This document shows, in pieces, positions 1 to 14,221 of a DNA stretch of 64,000 bases. The position numbers and the translations under genes are program-made. Position 1 is the first letter of the stretch. Each line of letters opens with the position of its first letter. This stretch comes from the human T2T-CHM13v2.0 reference genome, Homo sapiens: the NCBI RefSeq assembly GCF_009914755.1, contig NC_060929.1; one strand, 5' to 3'. The notes under the pieces are model-generated. The model searched no databases and was not told where the DNA came from. It saw only the letters and a program-made list of their open reading frames with translations.

Positions 1-1787
1 GGACAAGTATGCAGTTAGACTTGGCCATTGTCAATAATTGCACCGCTGTAAATTACAGCTTACTGCAGACATTCTGGTGAAAGGAAATGTTCTAAGTGTT
101 AATTTGCTGGGAGATTTGAGGCGAGTTTTTTTCCACTAATGACTTCCAGGTGGGAACTGCAATATTGACAGTTGCACCTTACTTCCTACTCCCAACCCTC
201 TCTTAATCCCAGATATGTGAAATATCTTCCTTCTGTTCCTTAAGGTATCTTGGTATCCTCATCTTCTCTGCAAAGGCTTTTTTGAAAAGATGTGGTGAGG
301 TACCTTTTCTTCCAGTCACTCTGCTTTGTAACAACTCCTGGAGGAAAGTTCGTCTGTAACACCATTGTTACTGCTATTTTATCACGCACTGGAGGATGCA
401 CCCATTCCTTCCATGTCCTTCAGAATGCACTGCTGTCTGTTTTAGAATTTAATTACAGAGGTCAAGGCCTAAATGTGCTTAGTAATGCCTGGTCATCATT
501 GCCAGGCAGGGGCCATCTATACAAGTTAACAAGGATGACAGGATGTGCTTAGATCCAAAATAAAAACATCAGATACTCAAAGCCAAGGCAGAAAAAAAAG
601 TCCTACAAGGAATTTGACTTCTATGATTAGCTGTGCTTCCACTTTGCACCAGTAAATACAGCCCAAGCAACCTCACTCCTTCAGAAAGTCTCTGCTACCG
701 TGCCCTTCATGTTAGACTACATCATAATAGGAAGCTTTACTCTACAGACCTTTGAAGGCGTAAGAGACGACAGCTCTGTGGTGATCTGAGCTTGGAGTCA
801 GAGAGGTCTCCCTGAGCAAAGATTCCATTTGTTAACACATCACAGCAGAATCAAATTATTCCACATTTTATGGTTCTAAGAAGTATTTTGTTTTCTGATT
901 TCACAGCTTAGAGAATGACTGTGGTGGGCCAGGTGACAGGAATTTTATATATTATTCTAATATTCAGCAGCAAGTGGGGGTGTGGTAGAGTTCTAAAATT
1001 CTGCTCCCTGCATCCCCAAAGGAATTGCAAAGGTCATCCAGATCCCGTGTGTTCATGGAGGGTCAAGTTACTCCCAAGCAGTGGATACTCTTTTCTTGCA
1101 GGATTCCTTAAATTCTCTCAGTGGTCCTTGAATAACTGGGTATCAGAGACACAGCATGCCCTGGGACAGAGATGCAGTCACCTCACTGCCTGTATTTCTG
1201 CCTCCAGTTAGGCACATGTTTATGCCTCCAGTTAGGAAATGAACACCCATCCCATTGGCAGTACAAAGAAAGGAAAGAAAGAAAGTGCAGAGATGGCTAG
1301 AGGGGTGCAAGCAGAGATGGCGGTGGCCCTTACACGTTTAACACTGACAGGTAGGGGTTTGGTTTGTTCACTGACTTGATTTCAGTTAGTGGGAAATTAC
1401 CCTTTGAATGCCATACAACATATGGCATCTTCCTTTTGTCCTTCTCTTCTACATTCCAGAATTTTTCTTTTTCATTATACACATTTGCTCATGGAGCACT
1501 TGCAAAAATGGAAAATAACTCCGTTTGGTGGAAGCACTTCAGCCAGGTCTGGATAACTAGATGTAGAGCAAATAACCAACGTAATTACTTGTGCAGCTCA
1601 AACCAGAACAATTTCTCCCTTTAAATAGGAACAGCCTCGTAATTGGAGTCCTAGCTGTTTGCTCCAAGGAAAACCATTTTACATTTAATTTTAAACTTTC
1701 AAAATTAAAACATATTTAGAGGGTTTTGGGGGATGAGAATAAGAGGTGTCATCTGTAAGACAGAGGGCATCTAATAGACCTCCTACC

Positions 1788-2443
1788 ATAGGCAGATTCC
1801 TAAAACAGTCCCTATCATTCCCAACCCCTGGTGTTCATGTTCTATGTAGTCCTCTCTGGTGAGTATTGGCCAGACCTATGAATATGACAGTGTGTCACTC
1901 CTGTGATTAGATCATGTGACATTGCCACAGTGAAGGAATTCTGCAGATAAAAGATTACAAATAAGTTAATTTCAAGTTAATCAAAAGCTGGATCATCTTG
2001 GATGAGCCTGACTTAATCAAGTGAAAAACCCTAAAGGGAAGACTGGGCCTCTCTGAGAAGAGAGGCTCTCCTTGCTGGTTGCATAGAGTAAGTGGCCACA
2101 TTGAAGAAGGGTATGGGTGGAAAGCTGCAGGTGGTCTTAGGATGTGAAAGTAAACTCTGCCAACAGCCAGGACAAAACTAGGGCCCTCTGTCAACACCAT
2201 GAGGAAATAAACTTTGTTAATGAACTGAATAAGCTTGGAAACTGACTCCTCACTAGTCAAGCCTTCAGATGAGACTGCAGCCCTAGCTGGCATCCTGATT
2301 GCAGCCTAGTGAAACCCTGAACGGAGGACCCAGCTAAGCAGTGCCTGGGGTCCAGGACCATGGAAATTGTGAGCTAATAAGTGTATGATGCTTGAAATTG
2401 CTAAGAATATGATAATATGTTGTACAACAATGCAAGAATAACA
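1788..2443 (+). mobile_element. Old ERVL-MaLR solo LTR (MLT1E/F-like)
   Basis: MLT1-type blocks such as ttccaacagccag-like segment, aagcttggaa...cttcagatgagactgcagccc, and a 3' end ...tgtgagctaataagtg...gaataacaca. Boundaries approximate. Confidence 0.7.
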
Positions 2444-4173
2444 CATCCTCTGAATACCCTATTTAACACCTTGTTGAACTGTGTGTGAAGCCCAGGGTCC
2501 CCTCTGAGGTTAGCTGTCCTGCTCTTGTTGAAAAAAGGGGCCCCAGTTCTGGCAGAGGTGACCCAGTTCCTATTCCCAAAGCTGATGGTGTCAGAGGTTG
2601 GCCCCTGACCCAAGGATGGCCACTCTGCCAGCTGACCAGCAGCCTCAGAAGTGGCCTAGCCTGTAGCATGTGGCACATTCAGGATAATGGTGATCTGGTA
2701 TTCAGGTCAGACTCTCCCTCTCAGGAATGTGAGTTAAAGAATGCACAGATGGGTGACCACTGATGGGGCAGCAGAAATATGTATCCTTAAAATATACCCC
2801 ATTGCTTAAAATAACCCAAGGATTTCCTCACTGCCAGAATAATCTAATTGAAATTAGGTAGAATTTAAATAGAATTATCAGATAGGGACAATAATAAAGC
2901 CCATGCTTACCCAGCATGTGGGTGCCACTGTAACTGGACTGCTCCAGCAACACAACAGAATTAATCCCATAAACAGACTCAGAGGAGCAGGAGCAGCAGT
3001 GATCACAGTTGATTCATTGGAGTGACAGTACTTAAATTCTTCCTATTTGGCCAGATGCATAGTTACTTAGAAACCAGAAAACTGGGGCAGTTATAGGCTG
3101 CTGAAGTCTCTTTGGAACCTGGTTACCCTAAAGAATTGACTTCAGGGTGCAGGTTACAGAAAATGAAGGTAGAGGACAAGATGAGTGCTTTAAATGATGG
3201 AGTCATTTCAGATGTTCTTCTAATTGCAGGTATAAAGACACAACTGTGGGAAACAGTGATGTTGACTCTATCCCAATATGCCTGAGGTTCTATGAGGGCA
3301 GGTTGTGTTCCTGACATAGCCTCATCTGAACATTTGGAGGGCTTCATTCTGGTGGAAATGTATGTGTATTTTCTGTTGATATGCATTTTCTGAAGTCAGT
3401 GCCTTGACTTGGCCTTCGTTGAAGATTGACTTGTTCATCTTTGTTCACAACCATGGGTGAGTTCCACGCAGGTCCTGAGAAGCCACCAAGGCTCATCTCC
3501 ATTGTCTCTTCCCAAACTGGGGCATCCCAGGATACTCCTAGGAGATGCAGGCCTGGGCTGCTGCCAGGTGACCCTAAAAGACATCCTGCATCTCACAGGT
3601 TACTAGGGTTATGTGGATTTTGACTTTGAACCCAGCCTTAGCACCCTATTAGAACTCTAAAACTAAGCATGAGGATACCGGAAATGGACACACGGGGACA
3701 CATGTCAAGAATCACCATCCAACAGATGAAATGGATTAGCTTTCGAAGACTTAATTTTTACATATTTGTCAGTATAATTTCAGTTCTATCTCTGATATCC
3801 ATAAACACCTTGGCAGAACTTATAATAAATTGGAATTTACATGACAGTACATCAGATAAATTGAAACCTTCAGCCTGCCTCATTCAAAACCAACAAAATT
3901 GATGTCTCATGGTGACAGAACTTGGATTTATTCCTCAAAAAAAATTTAGTTGGTAAATGCTTCTTATGGAGAAAATAATTTTTAAAAAACTACCGAGAAT
4001 CTCATTATCCAAGTTAAATCACCAGCAGAATCTGCTCTTAAATATTTGTTTAAAAATATTCTCATCAGAATATGTTGAACAAAGGAAACACTTTCAGTTA
4101 TGTTCAATTTGCACACTTGGGTCTTACAAAAGTGAGCTCCTGAGTGAGGAAAAAAAATGTATAAGCTCTCTTT

Positions 4174-4487
4174 CTTTTTTTTTTCTCTCCTTTTTTTTTT
4201 TTTTTTGTTGAGATGGAGCCTAGCTTTGTAACCCAGGCTGGAGTGCAATGGTGCAGTCTTGGGTCACTGCAACTCCATCTCCCGGGTTCAAGTGATTCTC
4301 CTGCCTCAGCTTCCTGAGTATCTCGGATCACAGGCACATGCCCCCACACCCGGCTACTTTTTTTTATTTTTAGTAGAGACAGGTTTCACCCTGTTTGCCA
4401 GGCTGGTCTTCAACTCCTGACCTCATGATCCGCCTGCCTCGGCCTCCTAAGTGCTGGGATTACAGGCATGAGCCACCGCGCCCAGCC
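4174..4487 (-). mobile_element. AluS-type SINE
   Basis: Poly-T followed by two Alu arms ending gagccaccgcgcccagcc; 13-bp TSD ataagctctcttt at 4161-4173 and 4490-4502. Confidence 0.95.
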
Positions 4488-5700
4488 AGATAAGCTCTCT
4501 TTTAAGACATGCCAGTATTCTGTATAGATAATAGTTAAAAAGTGTTGGTAATGATTGTAAAATATGTTTTACCACAACAAATGATATGGATGAAGATGGA
4601 GGAGCCATTTAATTGAAAGCCCTTAGTACCTATAAAGACCTATGTTCTTATCATCAACTAGAAAAGTCCTTTGTAAAAACACTTGCAGATTCGTCATCAA
4701 ATTAGCAGTCAAGTGGGTCTTCTCATAACTGAATTTTCCAGGATAAATATCTGTTAAAAATTCCTAAGCCTGTGTCTACATTATATACTCCAGTAACTCG
4801 TGTTCTACATTAGACATGTCTCATGAAGCTTTCACGTAGAAAATGGTTTGAATGTCCCTCTGTAGAAGTAGAGATTAGACTTAGCAAAAAATAAGAAAAC
4901 CTGGGGCACTGAATCAAGATTATGAAAAATCCTCGTAGTTATAATACCATCATCTCAAAAAGAAACAATACTACCCTAACTGGGTTTTTGTATAAGCAAG
5001 AGGACAGCAGGTTTGGGAACAGGAATCCACTGGGCTTCATCTCCTAGCCACTACCATTAAACCTGAAGGAGTTATATCAAAAATTTGTATCAGGCAGGAT
5101 CTGTATGAAAAAAGGTAAAGATAAGCAATTTTATTTACTTATGTATTTTTTGTCCACAGACCACAATTTTTACTACTGAGGGCAACTTCCAGTCAATACT
5201 AATCATGTGAAACCTGAGAGGAAAGTCACCTGTCTCAGGTGGGTCCAAAGCAAAGCAAGGTGGAGAGGAAGCAAGAGACCAAGAAGAAAACAGGAAATTT
5301 ATCTGCTCCATGAAGATGAAGTTGGTTGCATCCTATTTAGAACATACTGGGAAATTTACTAATTCATAGGTTATAACTTCATATTATTTTGTGGTTGGGA
5401 GACCAGGCATCAGCTACTAAAAATATTCAGAAAACATGTTTAAAAGCTAAACACATTAAAATACAAGAACTAATGCTCCCACATTTAATCAAACAAAACA
5501 ATTAGTTGTTTTTATAGCATTTTAAGTGGTTTGGCATATACTAAATTATATTCAACACTATTTTTTCATTTTAATCGGGCCTAAAACAAACTCATACTAA
5601 AGAACTAATTGTGTTCATGGAGTTCAGGGAGTAGGAGAAGACCAGGCTACTCTTTAAATTTGACTGTAAGAGCAGATGCAGTGTGGCAAAGTCTACCCAG

Positions 5701-6154
5701 GTATATTAGTAACCTAGGGGTGCTGCAATAAAGTACCATGTTCTGGTGGGCTTAAAGCAGCGGAAATGTATTTGCTCACAGTTCTGGATGCTGGAAGTCT
5801 GAAATCAAGGTATCAGGAGAGCCATACTTTCTTAAGAATCTGGGTGGAATTCTTGTCTCGTGCTAGTTTCTGAGGGCAGCTGTCCATTCCAGGTGTTCCT
5901 GGGCTTGCATTTGTGTACTCCAATCTCTGCCCGTGTTATCACATGGCATTCTCCTGGTTTGCCTCTTTTCTCATCTTACAAGCACACCAGTCATATTGGA
6001 TTAAGGGTCCACTGTACTCCAGTATGACTTCATCTGGACTTTACTAATTACATGCTCATGCTCAAAGGCCCTATTTCCAAAGAAGGTCAAATAGGGTACT
6101 GAAGGGTTAGGAATTTCAACATACCTTCTTTGGGAACACACTTTAACCCACACC
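5701..6154 (-). mobile_element. MaLR solo LTR (MLT1C-like), sense to SEMA5A
   Basis: Reverse-orientation MLT1 blocks: ctcacagttctggatgctggaagtctgaaatcaagg, caccagtcatattggattaaggg, ccctatttccaaa. Confidence 0.85.
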
Positions 6155-9100
6155 ACCAGGTAATTGAGTTGCTATTGGTTGCTGCAATTATTCCCTCAGT
6201 AAATGAAAAATTCATTAAATGTTATCAAAGAAGCACTCAAATTATGTAATGTACCCCCTTCAGTTGATGGGAGCCCCTTACATAAAGAAGCACACGTAAT
6301 GCAAGTCCAGACTTGGTTTGGATTTATAATTTCTGGTGAGAAGGACAGAATTTGGAGTGAATGTAAAAAAAAAAATTCCAACATGATAGTTTTTCACAAG
6401 TTAATACTTGTTCCTGACACTTAGATAGTTGCAAATTGCTTAGAAACATTGAGTGAGATAATTCTCAGGAGTGATGGCAGCCGTAAATGTATTAACTTAA
6501 TTTCTGGTACCCAGAAGGGTATCCTTGGGGTCTCTAAAGTCTTATGTATGTTGGACAAAGGGAATGTCAAGTTCTGTTCCTCACTCAGCCTTGCCCTACT
6601 TTTTTTAGATAGGAACCTGAAAACCTTGAAAATTAGGTGCTAGAAAAAAAAATTTGCAGGGAGAAAAGAAAATTAGAAACAGAATTTTAGCATTTGTTGA
6701 GCTAGTTGGCCACTATCACTCTTGCAGAAGAAACTTCTAGAGTACATAGAACATTGTTTGTCTTTTCTACAAGTTCATTTGGAAAGTCATATTGATCTCC
6801 TGACTTTAAAAAATGATTCGTAGCAAGCAACCATAAAAAGATACTCCTCTGTACTTAAAATGAGTTTGGAAGGGAAGAGTGAGAACAGGGGAGGTCCCTG
6901 GTTACATTTCCTCCCTGGTGCTCAGGGCAAAGCTAAGTGAAGGTGACAGGCATGAGTCTCAGGCCCCCAGGTACATCAGGGCATCTCCGCTTTTTTCCCT
7001 GAGGTTATTCTGACCTCTGCCCCCAACCCTTGTGCACCTCAGAACCTCCCCAACTTGGGGACCCCTCTTTCTTACTCCCTCATTCTTCCTCCTTGGTGAA
7101 ATGATGCCCATTGGCAGTAGTAAATATTTAAAAGCCACATTCATAGGTTCACAGGATCTAACCTGTACTGAAAACAGTCAAAATTGCATGTGCCAAAACC
7201 CCAAAGTCCTTACAGGTGGAATTCCATCTTTACCTAGTATTAATACCCTTCAAAAGCACTAAACAGCATGGACTTCAGGTGCTGCCCTTAGAAACTATTC
7301 TGTTGTTGCCTTTCTCACTTCTCCAGTGGCTGGTTTTTCCTCAATTGGCAGCCCCCCTGGCACCCCACCAAACACACACAGTCACGCCTCCTTCCCCAGC
7401 TCACACCCTCTCTTGGTTCCCTTTGGTGCTTTATTTTGAGGCCTAACTCAGCCCCTCAGCCAAGTCCTCTCCTTCCCCTTGGCTTCTCAGCCCAGGTTCT
7501 AGGTCTGCATCTTGGAAGATTGGGGATGGGATTGATAGAAACACGTTCCTCTGAGGTCCGGAAGGGATGCGACAGTGAGTATGTGGAGATGGAGAGGGGG
7601 GACTAGAAACATTTACAGATGCATTTCCCCATGACAGGTGCAAAACTGTCTGCTGACACCCACAGGTAAAGTACCCTTGCCAACCCCGCATGGTACTCGA
7701 TTCAATCTGCTGTCTCCCCCAACCCCCTGCCCCATCTCACTCCCAGCCGCAGAGTCCCTCATCTATTAAGAAGTTGTCTAGATGGGTATCTATTTCCTGA
7801 CCTCTATCTCCTCCTCAACTCACCCCAATCTCTCTGCACCCCAATTTTCCATGAAAGACAGCACAACTTCCAACTTTAATGGACCTGTTTCTCTCCGCAC
7901 ATTGCACGTTTCTTCTTACCACTGAAAGCCCTGCCTCCCCCATCTCATCTTCCTGTTTCGTTTTTTCCTATTTAACATTTAATGCAACTGCTTGTTTTAT
8001 TGCTTCTGCCCCCCCCCCCCCCAAAAAAAATACGCTTCCTGAGGACAGGGTGTCTGTCTGTCTTGTCCATTGCTGAACCCTCTCCAGTGAATTTTGGCAC
8101 AAAAACTCCAGTGTCTTCTTTTCAGCAAAGGCCACGAGAAGTATCAACTGTCCAAACCAAAAACATCAGGAGTCATTCTTAATTGCACCCATTCTCTCAC
8201 TCCTCCAAAACACCTGCTGCATCTGTCAGCTTCTCTTCAAGAAATTAACCAAGAGCAGCATTTCTCAAACTGATAGGTGTTCCATTATCACTTCTACAAG
8301 AAGACTTCTCACATTTTTCCTGATTGTCCCCTCACCCATGAAATTTTACTACAGATATTCTGTACTGTATATTTGCTTGTATAGTCCATGTCTATTTGAA
8401 TAAAAATAAGATTTTTTGTCCCCCTAAGAACCAATGTTTGCTTCATTGAGGGTGACATCTGCCTACCTTCTGGCTGAGCATGCCATGCTCACCTCCTCCT
8501 AGACCACCTTGATGACTTCAATAGCTTTGACCCCAGCCTACTCTTCCTTACTCAGTTACAATGCAATGACATCTAGAATGCCTGCTTATTTTTATACAAT
8601 GGCGGATCCTGTAGCAATACAGTACTGTTGGTTTAGAAAGAAATTGTACCCCAAACTTTACCCTCCTTCTACCCTTTTTGTTATCCTCTGATTAATTCTC
8701 CAGGATGTATAGATAGTAATCTTTGAAAACATGCATCATATCATGTAACTTCTTTTCTTTACAGAACTTTCAGTAATTATTATTATGCTTAGATTAAAAT
8801 CTGAATTTTTAAACATAGCTAGAAGGCACATATTAGCTATCCCTGCCTGCATCTGGAGCCTAGAAACTCTACAGGGTTGAATGAACTCCAGGCATTGTTG
8901 GATCTCTTACTGTGGTTGCCTAGAAAACAGAGGGAAGGATTCAAGTATTTGGTGCTAATGCATTACTGGGGGTGCAATCCCAGGGCTGTGTGGTGAGGGA
9001 AAGGAATAGGGAGCAGGAAAGAGCAGGAAGTGGTGCTATATGATTTGTTACCATGGGGCTCTTCCTTTATGATGAAACAGAAAGAGACATCTGCTTGGCT

Positions 9101-10716
9101 ACATGAGAAGCCTGCCCTTGGACAGCCGCCTGGAGGTGAAAATGGAAGGGGAATTCACCAGTTGCGTTCTGCCCATACCCGACATCCCTCTGGGTGAGGC
9201 TTGCTTCATGGAGAGTTCATCCTCCTGCACTTCTGGGCTGCAGCTACCAGCTCTTCCAGCACCTGCTTGAGAAGCCATATCCCACTCCCAGAAGCGTGCG
9301 ATCTCATCCAAGCCCAGGTGCAGCAACAGCGCCACAGACGCCTGACCACCAGCTGCTCAGCATCAACTGGAGGAACCTCCTGGTCCTGCCCAGGAATCTG
9401 TCAGCCACGGGGGCAGCTGAGGCAGAGCAAATGGCCGAGGGTTCAGGGTCAAGTAAGGCTGAGAGAACCTGCGGTTGAACTTACGACCTGACCAATGAGC
9501 GGTCCTTCTCTGTTGTCTGAGCTCATTATGCTCCATTGCACCCCAGAGCCTTGGCTCACGTGACACCTTATTGCTTCTTCCTCAGATAGTAAAATGGGTC
9601 CCCAACACCTCACTTGCCCTCTTTCCACAACGTCTTTCCTGAGGTTTTTGTTCTGATTTTCTTCTTTGGCTAGCAGCCAAGGTTGTCTGTTTTTGAAGTA
9701 GGAATCACAGATACATTATCCCTAAATTTTCCATGTACCTTTATTTTTGATGGAAAGATTAGCCTAGAATAACATTCTTGAGTCACATTTATTTTCCTCT
9801 AATGTGTGTATATATTGTTCTACTTGAAACCTGGTATTGAGTGTTCCCCTATTTTGGTTTTACTTTCTCAAACCTTCTCTCATCATTTGGCTGAATTTAG
9901 CCCCTAATTAGTCTTATTTCATGTTTGTAAAAGAGATTTTTGGTTTTCTATTCCTTGAGATTTTCATTTTTGTGAGTGTCTGTTTTTTTTTATTCTTGGA
10001 TGAGTATAACATGCTCAATTCACATTTTCTTTTTCTCAGAATATTGCATAACCATGTTTCACAGATTTATACAGCTGCAGAGTATCCTGAGACCATGTGA
10101 TTTTTTTTCATTTTTAGTTTTTTTTTTCCTCCTCAATACCTAAATAATTATTTCTGTATTCTTGGAATTTAAAAACTTACCTGGCTAGTGTTCCTTTATT
10201 CTGAATTAATATTGCACAAATACAGTATGCTTTGAAATTTGCAGACTCAATTCTTCCTTTATTGCAGGGTAATTTTCTCCAATAGTGTCTTTGGGCACAA
10301 GTTTTTAGCTCCACAGACAGGGTTCTTTGGTTCAAAGACACCAATCACTCTGTGTGGTCCATTGTCTTTGTGGGTCCTTCATATTTAAAACCTTATCTTT
10401 TATTTCTACATTTTCCACCTTAATCACTGCAAACATTTACTCTGTGTCTAAGCTTTAGCTGTGTTTTTGTTTCCATGAAGTTTCTAATTTAATTTTTACT
10501 CTTGTAGTAGAATAGCACGTCATTTTGATCTTCTATTTATTCGCTTATCTCTGTGAACTTCCTTTTCATCTCATTTTGTTTCTTTCATCATTTCAACTCT
10601 GGGTACTGACTTTATTTACATTTCTCTCCCTTTTTTTTCCAAGCAAAGTAACTTTGTGGCACATGTCCTGCTCCTGCTGGGATGCCTTCTATTCCATTTG
10701 CTTTTCTGTAGACTGA

Positions 10717-11088
<372 letters not shown>

Positions 11089-11454
11089 CTATTTTTTGAG
11101 ATTTCTATAAATATTTCATTCCACAATACAATTAACCTTGGGGCTAGGGGAAGAGAAGGAAACAGAGGTGATAAACATGGCACAATCTCACATGAGTTCA
11201 GCAGCTAGAAGCATATAAACCTCTATATGAATGTTTCCTGCTTTATATTCATCTATTAGCTGCCCCTGATTTTTCTATGTAAAATTTTGCAAGTTTGAAA
11301 TGAAAAACAATGATTCAAAATGTGTGTGTGTATGTCTTCTTCCTTTACATTTCTTTAGTGCCTGATAGGTGTTTTTATATAAATGTTTATGAATTATCCT
11401 CTAACTAAAACAATTTATAAAATATAACACAAAAAGAGATCACATTCCTTTTAA

Positions 11455-11560
11455 AAAATATATTTATTGAGATATAATTTGCATGCCATAAAATTCACCC
11501 ACTGATTTTTAGTATATTCTGAGTTGTGCAATTATTGCCACAATCTAAGCTTAGAACATT
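11455..11560 (-). mobile_element. Old L1 (L1MB-like) 3' end fragment
   Basis: tttattgagatataatttgcatgccataaaattcaccc...ttttagtatattc..gagttgtgcaa..tagaacatttt resembles a reversed L1MB tail. Confidence 0.6.
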
Positions 11561-12544
11561 TTAAGATTATATACAATTTAAGGTTCAAATGCTTTTCTAA
11601 ACACTAGAATTGAGTTAAAGTGAAAATAAAAATGATATATCTCATCCTAGAAGGGAGAATAGAAAGCCCAAGACTGAATGGCATTGTGGGGGAGGGAGCA
11701 TAGAATTAGAACAACCATGGCCATGCTGTGGAAAAAGCCCAGAGCGGCAGCCACATGTCTGGACCAGGAGTGCATGTGGGACTGCGAGGGACTGTCACAG
11801 TGGTGGGGAAGAGCCAGTGGAGAAGTGTTTCCAAGTCAAGTAAGGGAGAAACTCCCAGAATACCTGATTGCTCAGCATGACCTTAATTTTGTCTTTGTAG
11901 AGAACTCAATAGCATATGAGACTCCGTCACTAACAGAACTCCAGTCATAAATATTCTACCATTTCCACTTGACTCTGGCTCTGAGAAAATCTTCAAAAAC
12001 CAACTTACAAAATATTAGCACAGTCATGATTCAGATAACATGCCTGGCCCTGGGTGGATGGACACCAGGAGAGATACAGGGCAGTAGCATGAAAATGGAC
12101 CCAGAATGTATCTGGGGAAGACTGCTGACTCAGCATAGTGGCAGCAGTGGGAAATGCCACCAAAGAGGCAAGACGCAGATGAACTACACCAGCAAGAGAA
12201 GTCTAGCTCACATGGATCTGTAGACAATATGGACAAATAAAATAAACTGACTTTTCAAACAGCCATTGGCTGGTTTCCTCCCATTTGCATGTGTTCATGT
12301 AAAATCAAAGTAAAAGAAAATACACCTACCACCAAACCTGGATTCCCAAGCCTGGAAGGATATCAAACTGATTCTGCAAGTAAGGTAGGAAGGACTCTAG
12401 CTTCACATTCATTAGTTATGAATGTCTTACCCATGCTCTATCAGTTGATAACTCGTTTAACTCCTGGATATGGTATAGCAAGTGCACCCAGACTGAAAGG
12501 ACTCTAGCATGTGTGCTCAATATCAGATTCTTTTTTAGATTTAC

Positions 12545-12835
12545 CTTTTTAATTGTTTTAATTGAAACATATTAGATATATATATTTTCAAGGTAGATGT
12601 GATAATTAGATACATTCATATAATCAAATCACAGTAATTGAGAAATCCATCACCTAAAATATTATGTTTTCTTTATTCTAGAAATATCTGAATTATTCTA
12701 GATTTTTTTCAAATATTCAATCAATTAATGTTAACTACAGTTGCCATACTGATCTATTGAACACCAGGTCTCACTTCTATCTACGTCTGTATCTGTACCC
12801 ATTAATCAATCTCTCTTTATCCCTCCCGCTTCTAC
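12545..12835 (-). mobile_element. L1MA-like 3' end fragment
   Basis: Reversed L1MA tail: ttttaattgaaacatatt...ttaactacagttgccatact...tgtacccattaatcaatctctctttatccc. Confidence 0.6.
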
Positions 12836-13864
12836 ATCAGTTTTAAAATCAAATGAGATGAATTTCCCTGGTTTGCCTTGATGTAACTACTGGGGCTAGT
12901 TATAAATAAGAGACCGGAAAAACATCAGCTTTTTGAATTCAAAATGTCAAAATCTCTAGTCTTTAACATTTCTGCTTGTTGGGGGTTATTTGGCTCTTAG
13001 AGGGTTAAATTAAAATGTATATTATTATACCTTCCAGTATTCAATTCCTTGGACATAAAGACTGTATGTTAAAAAAAAATATCCCTTAAAACTGAATATC
13101 ATTCTTAATTAAAATCTGAAAAAAAGACTATATCTCCTTCAAAATATATTAAACAGTGCTATAAGAGTAAATGAAAAGATCCACAAGTTAGTTGAGACAT
13201 GAAATATGTAATTATAGAGGTTGTTCAGTTAAAATTGTCAAGCCAGTCTAAACAAGCTGAAATGCTTTCTGGGAATTCACTTTTCAGTAGAACTGCTTTT
13301 GTACCTGCCCTGGGTCACTGCATATGGTTTGGAGCAGGGTTTGTGTTGGGCCCTGGGTATCTATGGCTGTTTTCTGCTGGAAAGTACCTTCACCCACTAC
13401 AAAGTTCTCCTCCTCTTGAGTTTAACTAACAATCCAACTAGTGAGAGATGGAAACTGTCAAAGAGTTCTACATATGGCATCTTTACCCATAATCCCAACT
13501 TGTGATTCAAATTAACAGTATCTTGATGTACATGTACAACACAATTGAATTTGTACACAGGCAGTAGATCAAAAGAAAAGCCAAAAATCAGGTTTGTGGA
13601 ACAATAAAGCGAATCTCTGCGAAATGCATTTGCCAAATGGCACATAGTATATCAATATCGGAATCAGATCTGCACATCAGACAGGATCAGATGGTCTGGA
13701 ATCCCTGCGGCAGCTGAGTCCTGAGCTACTCTCAACACGGTGTGGGGGTGAGGGTGTTGGGAGCAGCAGTCCAATCATGCTATCATTCAAAACAGACATG
13801 TGCAAGCAAGTTTCTAGAAACTTTTAAATAGTGGTTTTAAACAATGGTAAAAGAAGTTGCTTGT

Positions 13865-14221
13865 AGCTATGGACTGAATGTTTGTGTCCCCCCAGGATTC
13901 ATATGTTGAAGCCCTAATCCCCCATGAAATGTAATTAGGAGACGGGGCTTTAGGGAGGTGATTAGGTCATTAGGATTGGAGCCCTTAGGAACGGTATGAG
14001 TGTCCTTATAAGAAGAGACATAGGAGAGAAGATCTCTCTTCATTCTGTGAGGACACAACTAGCAGGCAGCCATCTGCAAACCTGTAACAGGGCCGTCACC
14101 AGGAAATGAGTCATCAGCCACCATGATCTTAGACTTCTAACCTTCAGAACCATGAGAAATAAATTTCCGTTGTTTAAGCCACCCAGTCTATGGTAATTTG
14201 TTGTAGCAACTGACTAAGACA
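13865..14221 (+). mobile_element. MaLR solo LTR (MLT1A-like)
   Basis: Starts gctatggactgaatgtttgtgtcccc, AATAAA at 14158, ends tgtttaagccacccagtctatgg...gactaagaca. Confidence 0.9.

Noticed and set aside
8009-8030. C14-A8 homopolymer run (G14 on the transcribed strand, possible G-quadruplex)
   Set aside because: An isolated mononucleotide run far from any exon, with no supporting context.
8900-10560. Possible ERVL LTR (8900-9480) and old L1 fragments (9650-10560)
   Set aside because: Composition is suggestive but too diverged to assign a family or boundaries by eye.
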